Source: an uncultured Alphaproteobacteria bacterium
GTDB lineage: Bacteria; Pseudomonadota; Alphaproteobacteria; HIMB59; GCA-002718135
Direction of reading: 5' to 3'
Length of the DNA: 64,000 bases
Assembly (NCBI GenBank): GCA_902576125.1
Contig: CACGUF010000003.1
Location: forward strand, 35,311 to 99,310
Position 1 is the first letter of the stretch. Each line of letters starts with the position of its first letter. The notes under the pieces were generated by a model, which saw nothing but the letters and a program-made list of their open reading frames with translations, searched no databases and was not told the origin of the DNA. Shown one piece after another: positions 1-8,861 of this stretch. Position numbers and translations under genes: made by a program.

Positions 1-652
1 CTTTTTCATTTTCTGTTTCACGCAAAACTTCTTTAATTGAAGAATAAATTAAATTAGGTCCATTTGAAATTTTTTCTGCTACTTCCCAAGCTCTTTTTAA
101 TAACTCATCTTTATTAACAATTTCATTAATTAAACCCCAATGCTTAGCTTCTTTTGTATCCATCCATCTTCCAGTCATTAAAAACTCTACTGCTACGTGA
201 TAAGGAATTCTTCTTCTTAATTTTATTGTAGCAGCATCTGCAACAACTCCTACATTAATTTCAGGTAATGCAAATGTTGCATGTTCAGAAGCTATTATAA
301 TATCTGCTGAAATCATTATTTCAAAACCGCCACCACAAGCAATACCATTTATAGCGGCAATAATAGGTTTGTTCATATTTGGTAATTCTTGCAAACCACC
401 AAATCCTCCTACACCATAATCAGCATCCGCTGCTTCTCCTTCATTAACAGCCTTAAGATCCCATCCTGCTGAAAAAAATTTTTCTCCACCACCAGTAATA
501 ATAGCTACTTTAAGATTAGGGTTATCTCTAAAATCAGAAAATATATTACCTAAAATTATACTTGTCTTAGCATCAATAGCATTAGCTTTTGGTCTATCAA
601 TTGTAACTTCAAGAATTGAGTCTATAATTTTAGTTTTGATTGGTTCGCTCAT
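1..652 (-). CDS. Enoyl-CoA hydratase/isomerase (crotonase) family protein, CaiD-like; N-terminal ~217 codons only, 3' end lies beyond the window edge
   Basis: Not in the ORF track because it runs off the window. My translation of the minus strand from ATG 652..650 reads MSEPIKTKIIDSILEVTIDRPKANAIDAKTS...ITGGGEKFFSAGWDLKAVNEGEAADADYG...INGIACGGGFE...MTGRWMDTKEAKHWGLINEIV. This is a crotonase fold, and the DRPKANAIDA and EKFFSAGWDLKA blocks closely resemble carnitinyl-CoA dehydratase CaiD as I remember it. Its start overlaps the upstream stop as ATGA at 649-652. Confidence 0.85.
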   Translation of the reverse strand, partial: MSEPIKTKIIDSILEVTIDRPKANAIDAKTSIILGNIFSDFRDNPNLKVAIITGGGEKFFSAGWDLKAVNEGEAADADYGVGGFGGLQELPNMNKPIIAAINGIACGGGFEIMISADIIIASEHATFALPEINVGVVADAATIKLRRRIPYHVAVEFLMTGRWMDTKEAKHWGLINEIVNKDELLKRAWEVAEKISNGPNLIYSSIKEVLRETENEK

Positions 653-2703
653 AATTCTTCAAAATAATGTATTAGTGCATCCACTGCAAACACACCTTTA
701 TTTTTTTTACAAACTATTAGTGGATTAATTTCTATTTCATGTAATTTATTGATATTTTTTTCAGCAAATTTAGATAATGAAAGTATTACTTTAATTAAAC
801 TATTGATATCCGCTCTATCTTGATTTCTGTAACCAAATAATATCTTACCTATTTTCATATTTTTTAATTCATTTTGAATATCTTTTTTTGTTAATGGTAA
901 TAATAAAGTTTTAGTCTCTCTAATTAGTTCTGTATAAATTCCTCCGGCGCCAATTACTATTACAGGACCAAATTCATCATCAATTTTAATTCCTACTAAA
1001 ATTTCTATTAGTGAATCTTTGACCATTTTCTCTAATAAAATTTGATTTTTAAATTTTTTTGTTTTGGACACTAATTCATTAATATTTTTAATATTAGTTA
1101 TGACACCATTATGTTCAGATTTGTGAAAAATTTGGTTTGAGTGAATTTTAGCAACTAATGGAAAACCAATTTTAGTACTATCTTTTTTTAATTTAATTTT
1201 ATTTGAAATTATTCCTTTAGGGGTTTTAATTCCAATTTGTTTTAGAAATTTTTTTGACTCAAATTCAGAGTAAGTTTTAATATTTTTATTATTATTCTTT
1301 ATTTTATAGTTTTTTACAGCAGATTCATTCTTCCAAATACTTCCAATTTCTATTGCTTTTTTAATTGTGAATAAAGCCTCTTTCATTCCTTGAAGAGGTG
1401 AAATTCCATTATTAATACATTTATCTCTAATATGTTTTGGCATTGTGTCTGATAATGAAGAGATGAGGCTTCCATTTTTATATTTTTTTGCAACTTTTAT
1501 AAATTTATCAACTATTGCATCCCACTCATCAGTATCGCATTTTTCCATATTTGGAAAATCAAGCATTAGGCTAATTGAACTAAAATTATTTTTAAAAAAT
1601 ATTTTGAATGTTTTTTCAATATTATCAGGATCATTCCAGTTATATGTTTGCATATCGAAAGGATTAGAAACTATTACACCTGGATGATTTACTTTTTTTA
1701 GAGCAGTTTTAATTTGTGGTTTAATTTTTCCAAATTTTAAATTTACAGTTTCTGCAGCATCTCCTAACATTGCCATATCTCCACCTGAGGGTCCCATAAT
1801 TGATATTTGATCATTTGAAATAACTCCATGGGTATGAAAATATTTTAGTAACTCTGTAAGTTCTGATAAAGTTTCACATCTGGCAACTCCCATTCTTTTA
1901 AATAAAGCATCGTAAATACTTTCTTTGCCACTTAATGAGCCTGTATGAGTTAAAATTGTCTCAGATGCAACTTTTGATCTGCCAACTTTGACAATAGCTA
2001 TTGGGATTTTTTTTTCTTTGGAGATTTTTAAAACTCTAATTAGTTTATTTATGCTTGTGAAACCTTCAGCGTAAATACCGATTGCCGTAACTCTTTTATC
2101 TTTCAGAGCATATTCAATTGTATCCTCAATGCTTATTTTAGCCTGATTGCCCAATGATATGATGTATCCTATTGGAAGAGATCTGTGATTAAAGCTAATC
2201 GTATTTCCAATAGTTCCACTTTGACAAATAATAGCTACACCTTTGTTTGTTTGACTACCCGCAACCTGATCTGACCAAACTGAAACTTTATCGAAATAAT
2301 TAATAAATCCATAACAATTAGGGCCTAAAAAAGGAGTTTTACCTGAATTAATTATTAACTTTTTAGTTTTTTCTTTGCCCTCTGCAGTATTTAATTCTGA
2401 AAATCTTGAAGCTAAACATACAGCGCCTCCAGCACCAATTTCAGAAATATCTTTCATTAATTGAATTGTTAAATCATTTGAAACTGCAATATAAACGCAA
2501 TCAGGAATTGATGGTAAGTCAGCTAAACTTTTATAATATTTCTTTTTTTTTGAACTGCTTCTTTTAGGATTAATGTGCCAAATTTCTCCTTTAAAACCAA
2601 TCTTTATATTTTCATCATAAACAAAGTCAGCCCAATATCCTCCAATTATTGCAAGTTTTTTTGGTCTAAATAATTTACTTAAGTTCACAAAATTAAGCCC
2701 CAA
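649..2703 (-). CDS. Acyl-CoA synthetase of the ADP/NDP-forming type (CoA-binding, succinyl-CoA-synthetase-like and C-terminal ATP-grasp domains)
   Basis: 684 aa. The N-terminus (KKLAIIGG, GPNCYGFIN, ICQSGT) is typical of CoA-binding/ligase-CoA domains. The C-terminal ~220 aa (ESKKFLKQIGIKTPKG...GFPLVAKI...VGIKIDDEFGPVIVIGAGGIYTE) looks like an ATP-grasp. The start is ambiguous: TTG at 2703 (11-nt overlap with the upstream gene) or GTG at 2688. Confidence 0.8.
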   Translation of the reverse strand: MGLNFVNLSKLFRPKKLAIIGGYWADFVYDENIKIGFKGEIWHINPKRSSSKKKKYYKSLADLPSIPDCVYIAVSNDLTIQLMKDISEIGAGGAVCLASRFSELNTAEGKEKTKKLIINSGKTPFLGPNCYGFINYFDKVSVWSDQVAGSQTNKGVAIICQSGTIGNTISFNHRSLPIGYIISLGNQAKISIEDTIEYALKDKRVTAIGIYAEGFTSINKLIRVLKISKEKKIPIAIVKVGRSKVASETILTHTGSLSGKESIYDALFKRMGVARCETLSELTELLKYFHTHGVISNDQISIMGPSGGDMAMLGDAAETVNLKFGKIKPQIKTALKKVNHPGVIVSNPFDMQTYNWNDPDNIEKTFKIFFKNNFSSISLMLDFPNMEKCDTDEWDAIVDKFIKVAKKYKNGSLISSLSDTMPKHIRDKCINNGISPLQGMKEALFTIKKAIEIGSIWKNESAVKNYKIKNNNKNIKTYSEFESKKFLKQIGIKTPKGIISNKIKLKKDSTKIGFPLVAKIHSNQIFHKSEHNGVITNIKNINELVSKTKKFKNQILLEKMVKDSLIEILVGIKIDDEFGPVIVIGAGGIYTELIRETKTLLLPLTKKDIQNELKNMKIGKILFGYRNQDRADINSLIKVILSLSKFAEKNINKLHEIEINPLIVCKKNKGVFAVDALIHYFEEL

Positions 2704-3844
2704 GAGGTCTTAACAAAGATCTTGAGATAATATGCCTTTGGATTTCACTTGTGCCTTCCCAAATCCGCTCTATTCTTGCATCACGCCAGATTCTTTCTAG
2801 TGGAATGTCAGACATCAAACCCATTCCTCCACATATTTGGATTGCTTCATCTGATACTTTGCCAAGCATTTCTGTGCAGAATAATTTTGTCATTGCTGCA
2901 TCTTGTGAGGAAAGAGTTTTTTGATCAATCTTCCATGCAGACTCAAGTAGCATTAGATTTGCAGCTTTAATATTTGTGGCCATATCTGCTAATTTAAAAG
3001 AAACACCTTGAAACTTTCCAATTACTTTTCCAAATTGTTTTCTATTAGCTGACCAGTCAAGTGCAATATCAAATGCTCTTTCTGCCCTTGATACAGAAGT
3101 TGCTGCTACTGTTAATCGTGTTGCTTCTAACCACACATTCATTAATTCAAAACCTTTATCCTTTTCACCTAAAATATTTTTTCCAGGTATTCTGCAGTCA
3201 TTAAAATTGATAACATTATTTACATATCCTCTATGAGAAACACAGTCGTAGCCCTTAGCTACTTCAACACCTTTTTGATGAAGATCAACTAGAAAACATG
3301 ACAATAAATTTCTTCCTTGTTCATCAGTTCCAGTTGAGGCAAATAAAACAACAAAGTCAGAAATATGAGCATTTGATATAAAATGTTTAGTTCCATTGAT
3401 TACCCAATCATCACCATCTTTTTTTGCATTTGTTTTCATTCCTCTAAGATCAGAACCAGCTTCAGGTTCAGTCATTGCAATACAATCTTTTCTTTCACCT
3501 GTGATAGCTGGCTTTAAGTATTCATCAATTAATTCACCCTCACAGGCCATTAAGATATTTTGTGGACGCCACGCAATTTCAGCTAAGGCAAGAGATGCGA
3601 AACCTAAATGTTTTTCAACTAAAGTTAAATCAAAAGCATTTAAGCCACCTCCACCATGCTCAACCGGCATATTGCAAGCATACAAACCAGCTTCAATGCT
3701 TTTTTTCTTAATTTCATTATATAATTCTTTAGGTAAATTATTTGTTTTTTCTAATAATTCTTCGTGTTGAAGCAATTCTGCTTTTACAAATGACTTAGTA
3801 GTATCAATTAAAAGATTCTGTTCTTCTGAAAGATTAAATTCCAT
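2693..3844 (-). CDS. Acyl-CoA dehydrogenase family flavoprotein
   Basis: 383 aa. ACAD hallmarks are present: CIAMTEPEAGSDL, WVINGTKHFISNA, QFGKVIGKFQGVSFKLADMA, and the C-terminal catalytic-Glu block RIWEGTSEIQRHII. ATG at 3844. Confidence 0.9.
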   Translation of the reverse strand: MEFNLSEEQNLLIDTTKSFVKAELLQHEELLEKTNNLPKELYNEIKKKSIEAGLYACNMPVEHGGGGLNAFDLTLVEKHLGFASLALAEIAWRPQNILMACEGELIDEYLKPAITGERKDCIAMTEPEAGSDLRGMKTNAKKDGDDWVINGTKHFISNAHISDFVVLFASTGTDEQGRNLLSCFLVDLHQKGVEVAKGYDCVSHRGYVNNVINFNDCRIPGKNILGEKDKGFELMNVWLEATRLTVAATSVSRAERAFDIALDWSANRKQFGKVIGKFQGVSFKLADMATNIKAANLMLLESAWKIDQKTLSSQDAAMTKLFCTEMLGKVSDEAIQICGGMGLMSDIPLERIWRDARIERIWEGTSEIQRHIISRSLLRPLGA

Positions 3845-3850
3845 TATTCT

Positions 3851-5053
3851 TTATGTAAACGCAGGTGTTTCATTTCTTCTTGGATTGTTAAAAAATTGCT
3901 TTTTAACCACTTTACATTCAGCCCAAATTTTTCTGTAATCCAGCTCTTCTGGATGATAAATTTCAGCATAAACATTTGATCCTAATTTATAATGTTCTTT
4001 GCTAACAAATCCAATCGCAATATTAGATTTAAGGACAGGGGACCACATTGCAGCTGTCACTATACCAATTTCTTTGGCTTGATTTTTTTTACTATTATCG
4101 TAGAGTACAGAACCAACGGCAGGCTTATCTCCTTCAATATCTAATCCCACGAGTTTTTTTTCAGGACCTTTTTCTTTGTGTCTAATTAATGCCTGTTTTC
4201 CAGTAAAATACTCTTTATCTAGATTTACTAACCAGCCCAAACCTAATTCATAGGGGTTTCTCATTCTATTTGGTCTTAAAGCTTGTTCCGCAGACATAAA
4301 ATCTACATTAGGTTGGATAAAACCAGCTTCAATTCTCACCATCTCAAGTGCATTCATCCCAGCTGCTAGTACTTTATAGTCTCTATTAAATTTAAATAAA
4401 CTATCCCATACATCAATGGCTTGAGAAGGGTCACACCATATTTCATAACCTAAGTCTCCAGAAAAACCTGTTCTGGAAATTGTAACATTATGATTTTCAA
4501 GATTATAATTATTAAAATGAAATGGTTTTAGGTTTTCTATATTTTCTACTTTTAATAAATTTAATATCTTACAAGATAACGGCCCTTGAAAAGCTAAAGC
4601 GGCAATTGATGGACTTATATCCTCAACACTTGCATTAAATCCCGTAGCTGTGTCAGAAAACCAATTTAGATTTCGTTCTGCACAAAAAATTCTAAAATGA
4701 TTTTCATTAAAGCAAAATATTGTTCCATCATCAATTACCATTCCATCTTCATTGCACCATATGCCATAGGCAACTTGGTTTGATTGAATATTAGTAATAT
4801 CTTTGGTGATTAATTTATTAATAAACTTTTTAGCATCCTCACCTTTGATATCATATTTATGCATAGGAGTAATATCAATTACCCCAGCTGTATTTCTCAT
4901 TGAAGTATACTCAAGTTCTGTTGATGAGTACTCTTTAGCAACTTTATAACCAGCCCATCTATACCAATCATTTGCATAACAATGCTCAGATGTTCTTTCG
5001 TGAAAAGGTGTCTCTAAGAGAGGTTTTTTGTATGATATTTTTGATGTATTCAT
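3851..5053 (-). CDS. GcvT-family (aminomethyltransferase-fold) folate-binding protein, stand-alone
   Basis: 400 aa. The N-terminus TPFHERTSEH..WYRWAGY...EYTSMRNTAGVIDITPMHKYDIKGEDA, together with RTGFSGDLGYEIW and a C-terminal barrel domain, matches the GCV_T/GCV_T_C architecture. Its ATG (5053..5051) shares one nucleotide with the upstream TAA (TAATG). Confidence 0.85.
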   Translation of the reverse strand: MNTSKISYKKPLLETPFHERTSEHCYANDWYRWAGYKVAKEYSSTELEYTSMRNTAGVIDITPMHKYDIKGEDAKKFINKLITKDITNIQSNQVAYGIWCNEDGMVIDDGTIFCFNENHFRIFCAERNLNWFSDTATGFNASVEDISPSIAALAFQGPLSCKILNLLKVENIENLKPFHFNNYNLENHNVTISRTGFSGDLGYEIWCDPSQAIDVWDSLFKFNRDYKVLAAGMNALEMVRIEAGFIQPNVDFMSAEQALRPNRMRNPYELGLGWLVNLDKEYFTGKQALIRHKEKGPEKKLVGLDIEGDKPAVGSVLYDNSKKNQAKEIGIVTAAMWSPVLKSNIAIGFVSKEHYKLGSNVYAEIYHPEELDYRKIWAECKVVKKQFFNNPRRNETPAFT

Positions 5054-6519
5054 TATTTTAAATCCTCTATTACTTTTTTTGCAGCATTAAGACCGTTGAT
5101 ACCTGTTAATCCCCCTCCAGGATGGGTTCCTGCACCACATAAATATAAACCATTTATAGGTGTAGAATATTGAGCTGATCCATAAAAAGGTCTCATCATT
5201 AATAATTGATCTATTTCTAAATCACCGTGATGCCAATGCCCTCCTGCTATATTAAACTTTTCTTCCATTTTATTGGGAGTGATGAGTTTTTGTTTTACTA
5301 TTTTCATATCTGGAATAAATTTACTTAAAACTGAAACACATCTTTCAATTATTTCATTTTCTTGATGATTAGTATTAATTAAATACGGAACATAATAAAC
5401 ATTAGCTGATAAGGTTTTTTGATTAACGTAAAACTCAAGGCATGGATTTTCAGAATATTTGTTATATTTATTAGCATTAAATGCATGTTCTATGTACTTA
5501 ATGCCAGGAGCATAAATAAACTTTCCGTTCATTTTTTTATCAATATTATTAATGTTAATTTCATTTTCTAAAGCTAATTCAAGCTTAGCAACATTTCCTT
5601 TATTTCTAAAATTTTTAGTTCTTCTAATAAAATCAGTATCTAGGATTTCTGCACCTAATAAATTTAAATAAGTTGTTTTAGGGTCAGCATTAGACATTAC
5701 ATATTTTGATTCAAAACCCTCACCATTAGTTAATTGAACGCCAGTGACAGAGTTATTTTGAGTTAATATTTTTTTAACTTCAGAGGATTTAATGATTTCA
5801 ACAGTATTTTTATTACAGCAATCTTCTAACTGATTAATATATTCTGCAACTTCTATTTTGTTTAAATTAAAAATATTGTCATTGATAGCTTGTTTATAAA
5901 GTAAAGTTAATATTGAGCCTGGAGATCTTGGACCTAGGTTTGTTCCTAAAACAGCTTCATGGGATAATAGACCCATTAGATTATTGTTATTTAAATTATC
6001 TTCTAAGTCATCTGCGATATTTAAACCAATTACTCTTAATAGTTCACGCATATTTTTTTTACCTAATTTTCTAATTTTCCATCCCATAGAAATTAATTGA
6101 AATAAGTCAGCTCTTTTACCTGATTTAACTCTTGGTGGTTTTTGAAACATAAATGCACCAAGAGTTTTTGAAAACAATTTGTAGTTATTGATAATTGACA
6201 AGAATTTCTTTTGATCATTTTCATCAGCATTTGTTTGAACAAAAGATAATTTGCCGTTTTTATCTGACAAAATAGTATGATTTTGATTATCCTCTAGTGA
6301 TATAATATTATTTGAATGATTAATATTATTAACATTAATCCCTAATTCTTTTTTAATGATTGGTGAGATACAGTTTAGTGATTCTGCATATTCCGCTAAT
6401 CCTCCAACGTTTTCGTTTTTTTCAATTACCAAAACTTTTTTTCCTTTTTTTGATAAGTATGAAGATGCAACTAATCCATTGTGACCTCCACCAATTATTA
6501 TGACATCAAATTTTTTCAT
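5053..6519 (-). CDS. NAD(P)/FAD-dependent oxidoreductase, amine-oxidase/phytoene-desaturase fold (COG1233-like), paralog 2
   Basis: 488 aa. It has an N-terminal dinucleotide-binding motif FDVIIIGGGHNGLVASSYL..VLVIEKNENVGG and a C-terminal LYLCGAGTHPGGGLTG motif. Both are shared with the adjacent paralog. ATGA overlap at 6516-6519. Confidence 0.8.
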   Translation of the reverse strand: MKKFDVIIIGGGHNGLVASSYLSKKGKKVLVIEKNENVGGLAEYAESLNCISPIIKKELGINVNNINHSNNIISLEDNQNHTILSDKNGKLSFVQTNADENDQKKFLSIINNYKLFSKTLGAFMFQKPPRVKSGKRADLFQLISMGWKIRKLGKKNMRELLRVIGLNIADDLEDNLNNNNLMGLLSHEAVLGTNLGPRSPGSILTLLYKQAINDNIFNLNKIEVAEYINQLEDCCNKNTVEIIKSSEVKKILTQNNSVTGVQLTNGEGFESKYVMSNADPKTTYLNLLGAEILDTDFIRRTKNFRNKGNVAKLELALENEININNIDKKMNGKFIYAPGIKYIEHAFNANKYNKYSENPCLEFYVNQKTLSANVYYVPYLINTNHQENEIIERCVSVLSKFIPDMKIVKQKLITPNKMEEKFNIAGGHWHHGDLEIDQLLMMRPFYGSAQYSTPINGLYLCGAGTHPGGGLTGINGLNAAKKVIEDLK

Positions 6520-8144
6520 ATGTAATGTGTTGATATTTTCATCTTTAAATCTTTTAATATTTCTCTTGCTGCATTAGCTCCAGGTGCACCCATAACACCT
6601 CCGCCAGGATGCGTGCTTGATCCACACATATATAGATTTTTGATTGGTGTCTTATATTGAGCATAACCAGGTACTGGACGATTAAACATTAATTGGTCCA
6701 TGGTTAGTTCACCTTGGAATATATTGCCTTCAGTTAAACCAACCTCAGATTCTATTTCTTTAGGAGTTCTAATTTCTGCATGATTGATAATATCATTAAA
6801 GTTTGTCGAGTAATTGCCAATTCTATTCATTACATGTTTACCAAATTCAAGACGTTTCTCCTCAGTCCAACCTCCATTAGCTAAATTGTAGGGTACATAT
6901 TGAATAAATACAGACATATAATGTTTTCCTTGTGGTGCCATAGTTGGATCATTGATGCTTGGAATGCACATATCAACATAAGGAAATTGTGACCACTTAC
7001 CATCCTTCCAATCATCGTAAGCTCCTTCCATCTCTTCTATGTTTTGCGTTATATGCAAATCACCAGTGCCAGCAGGATCACCAACTGGAATACTCTTCCA
7101 AATAGGAAGATCATCAAGAGCAATATTTAATTTTCCTGATGAGCCTCTAATTTTAAAATTTTTGACAGCTTTATAAAAATCACTAGGTAATTCTTTTTCT
7201 TCTACAACTTTTAAAAAAGTTCTTTTTACATCAAGGTTAGAAACTATTTTATCTGCATAAATTTCATCACCATTCTCAAGAACAAGTCCATAACTTTTGT
7301 TATTTTTGATAAGAATCTGACTTACTGGTGAACCTGCTTTTATTTCACCATTGTTTGATTTTAAAGATGACGCCATAGCTTTTGTAATTGAGCCCATTCC
7401 TCCTCTGGAATACCCCCATGCTCCAACAGTCCCATCTACTTCTCCCATGTAATGATGTAATAATACATAAGCTGATCCAGGGGAATAAGGCCCAAGCGCT
7501 GTACCTATTATTGCAGATCCTGCTAAATGTACTTTTACTATATCTGATTCAAAATATTCTTCTAAATAATCTCTTACGCTCATTGTCCAAAATCTTATGG
7601 TGTCGTAAATTTCTTTTTCACCTAAACCACCAAGCTCATCTTTAGCTGCAAAGTATTTTGCAAATTCAAAAAGACCCATAATATCTTTTGGTTTAAAAGA
7701 AGTAGGGTCAGGAGGAGTCATTTTTAAAAGAGGTTTGATAATTTTGCATTGCCTCATTACATCTTTGCCAAACCTATCATAGGCTTCAGCATCTTTTTTT
7801 GAAAATTGAGCGATAGATCTGTATGTTAAATCATGATCTTGATAATGTGCATAAAATCTACCATCATTAAGCATACTCGCACTACCTTCATAAGGTATAA
7901 TTTGAAGCCCATGTTTTGATAATTCTAAATCTCTAAATATCTCAGGTCTTAATAAGCTGCAAACATATGAGCAATTAGAATAAGTCCAACCTGGATGCAA
8001 TTCTCTGCTAACAGCTGCGCCTCCAACATATTCATGTCGTTCCACAACAATGACTTTGAGACCCGCCTTAGCCAAATAACAGGCTGTGGTTAATCCATTA
8101 TGACCACCACCAATTATAGCAACATCATATTTAGTTTTGTTCAT
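6516..8144 (-). CDS. NAD(P)/FAD-dependent oxidoreductase, amine-oxidase/phytoene-desaturase fold (COG1233 / PYROXD2-like), paralog 1
   Basis: 542 aa. Motifs: YDVAIIGGGHNGLTTACYLAKAGLKVIVVERHEYVGG, GAWGYSRGGMGSITKA, LYMCGSSTHPGGGVMG. This is the first gene of the minus-strand operon. ATG at 8144. Confidence 0.8.
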   Translation of the reverse strand: MNKTKYDVAIIGGGHNGLTTACYLAKAGLKVIVVERHEYVGGAAVSRELHPGWTYSNCSYVCSLLRPEIFRDLELSKHGLQIIPYEGSASMLNDGRFYAHYQDHDLTYRSIAQFSKKDAEAYDRFGKDVMRQCKIIKPLLKMTPPDPTSFKPKDIMGLFEFAKYFAAKDELGGLGEKEIYDTIRFWTMSVRDYLEEYFESDIVKVHLAGSAIIGTALGPYSPGSAYVLLHHYMGEVDGTVGAWGYSRGGMGSITKAMASSLKSNNGEIKAGSPVSQILIKNNKSYGLVLENGDEIYADKIVSNLDVKRTFLKVVEEKELPSDFYKAVKNFKIRGSSGKLNIALDDLPIWKSIPVGDPAGTGDLHITQNIEEMEGAYDDWKDGKWSQFPYVDMCIPSINDPTMAPQGKHYMSVFIQYVPYNLANGGWTEEKRLEFGKHVMNRIGNYSTNFNDIINHAEIRTPKEIESEVGLTEGNIFQGELTMDQLMFNRPVPGYAQYKTPIKNLYMCGSSTHPGGGVMGAPGANAAREILKDLKMKISTHYI

Positions 8145-8152
8145 TGTATTTT

Positions 8153-8179
8153 CTTATATTTCTTTGAATGAGCATTCAA
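8153..8179 (-). promoter_or_regulatory. Candidate promoter of the flavoprotein operon: -35 TTGAAT (8179..8174), 15-nt spacer, -10 TATAAG (8158..8153), 8 nt before ATG 8144
   Basis: Hexamers were read directly on the minus strand. The spacer is short (15 nt), and AT-rich DNA makes -10-like hexamers common, so confidence is low. Confidence 0.3.
8164..8179. promoter_or_regulatory. 16-bp palindrome TTGAAT-gagc-ATTCAA; candidate TetR-family operator
   Basis: This is a perfect inverted repeat (it also reads as 7-bp arms TTGAATG/CATTCAA with a 2-nt spacer). It lies in the 76-91 bp divergent region between the flavoprotein operon (start 8144) and tetR (start 8221 or 8236). The same 6+4+6 core recurs at 19226..19241. 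Confidence 0.5.
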
Positions 8180-8235
8180 CCAAATTTCTTGTAAAATCAA
8201 GCTTTTTATGAAAAAATGTAGTGAATTTATTAAAT

Positions 8236-8859
8236 ATGAAACAAAGAAATCTTAGATCAGAAAATAAGAAAAATAGTAATTTAAAATTAATTTCTTCAAC
8301 AATTAAAAATTTATCAAAAAAAGGAATAAATGAATTAACTATGCAAGATGTATCGCAGGGAGCAGGCCTTTCCCAAGGTATAGTCAATTTTCATTTTAAG
8401 AGTAAGGAACTTTTATTAATAGAAACATTAAAGTATATTTCTAACGAGTATCTAGATTCATTTCAAAGAAGTATTGCGAAAAAAGGTAATGATCCAAGAA
8501 AAAAAATCATTGGAATTGTAGAAAATGATTTTAGTAAAAAAATTTGCACTAGAGAAAAAATTGCAGTGTGGTTTACTTTTTTTAGTGAAATTAAATATAA
8601 ACCCGCTTATCATCAAATTTGTAAAGAACGAGATATGTATTACCAATCTTTAACTGAAAATATATTTGATGAACTTATAAAAAAAGAAAAAGTGAAATTA
8701 TCTAAAAAAAATATTTCTAGAGGATTTCAAGCTTTGATTATGGGATTATGGTTAGATCAACTTGAAGATCCAGATACTTTTAACAGGATACAAGCAAAGA
8801 AAATATGTTTTGAGTTTATTAAATCTAATTTCCCCAAACAATTTAAGGGTATGTTTTAA
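8236..8859 (+). CDS. TetR/AcrR-family transcriptional regulator
   Basis: The N-terminal HTH is INELTMQDVSQGAGLSQGIVNFHFKSKELLL, followed by a helical ligand-binding domain. The ORF track starts at GTG 8221. I prefer ATG 8236 (MKQRNLRSE...). Confidence 0.85.
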   Translation: MKQRNLRSENKKNSNLKLISSTIKNLSKKGINELTMQDVSQGAGLSQGIVNFHFKSKELLLIETLKYISNEYLDSFQRSIAKKGNDPRKKIIGIVENDFSKKICTREKIAVWFTFFSEIKYKPAYHQICKERDMYYQSLTENIFDELIKKEKVKLSKKNISRGFQALIMGLWLDQLEDPDTFNRIQAKKICFEFIKSNFPKQFKGMF

Positions 8860-8861
8860 CA

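Noticed and set aside
1604-1619. TTGAAT-gttt-TTTCAA is a one-mismatch palindrome copy.
   Set aside because: It lies inside the acyl-CoA synthetase coding region, and a hit like this is expected by chance at this base composition.
3851-5053. I considered calling the GcvT-fold protein DmdA and the whole operon the canonical DMSP demethylation (dmdABCD) locus.
   Set aside because: The activation enzyme is an ADP-forming synthetase, not an AMP-forming DmdB-type ligase. The crotonase is CaiD-like. Two extra flavoproteins are present. The N-terminal region (TPFHERT..WYRWAGY) does not match my recollection of DmdA (..YTVYNHM..). Identity with DmdA cannot be asserted without a phylogeny.
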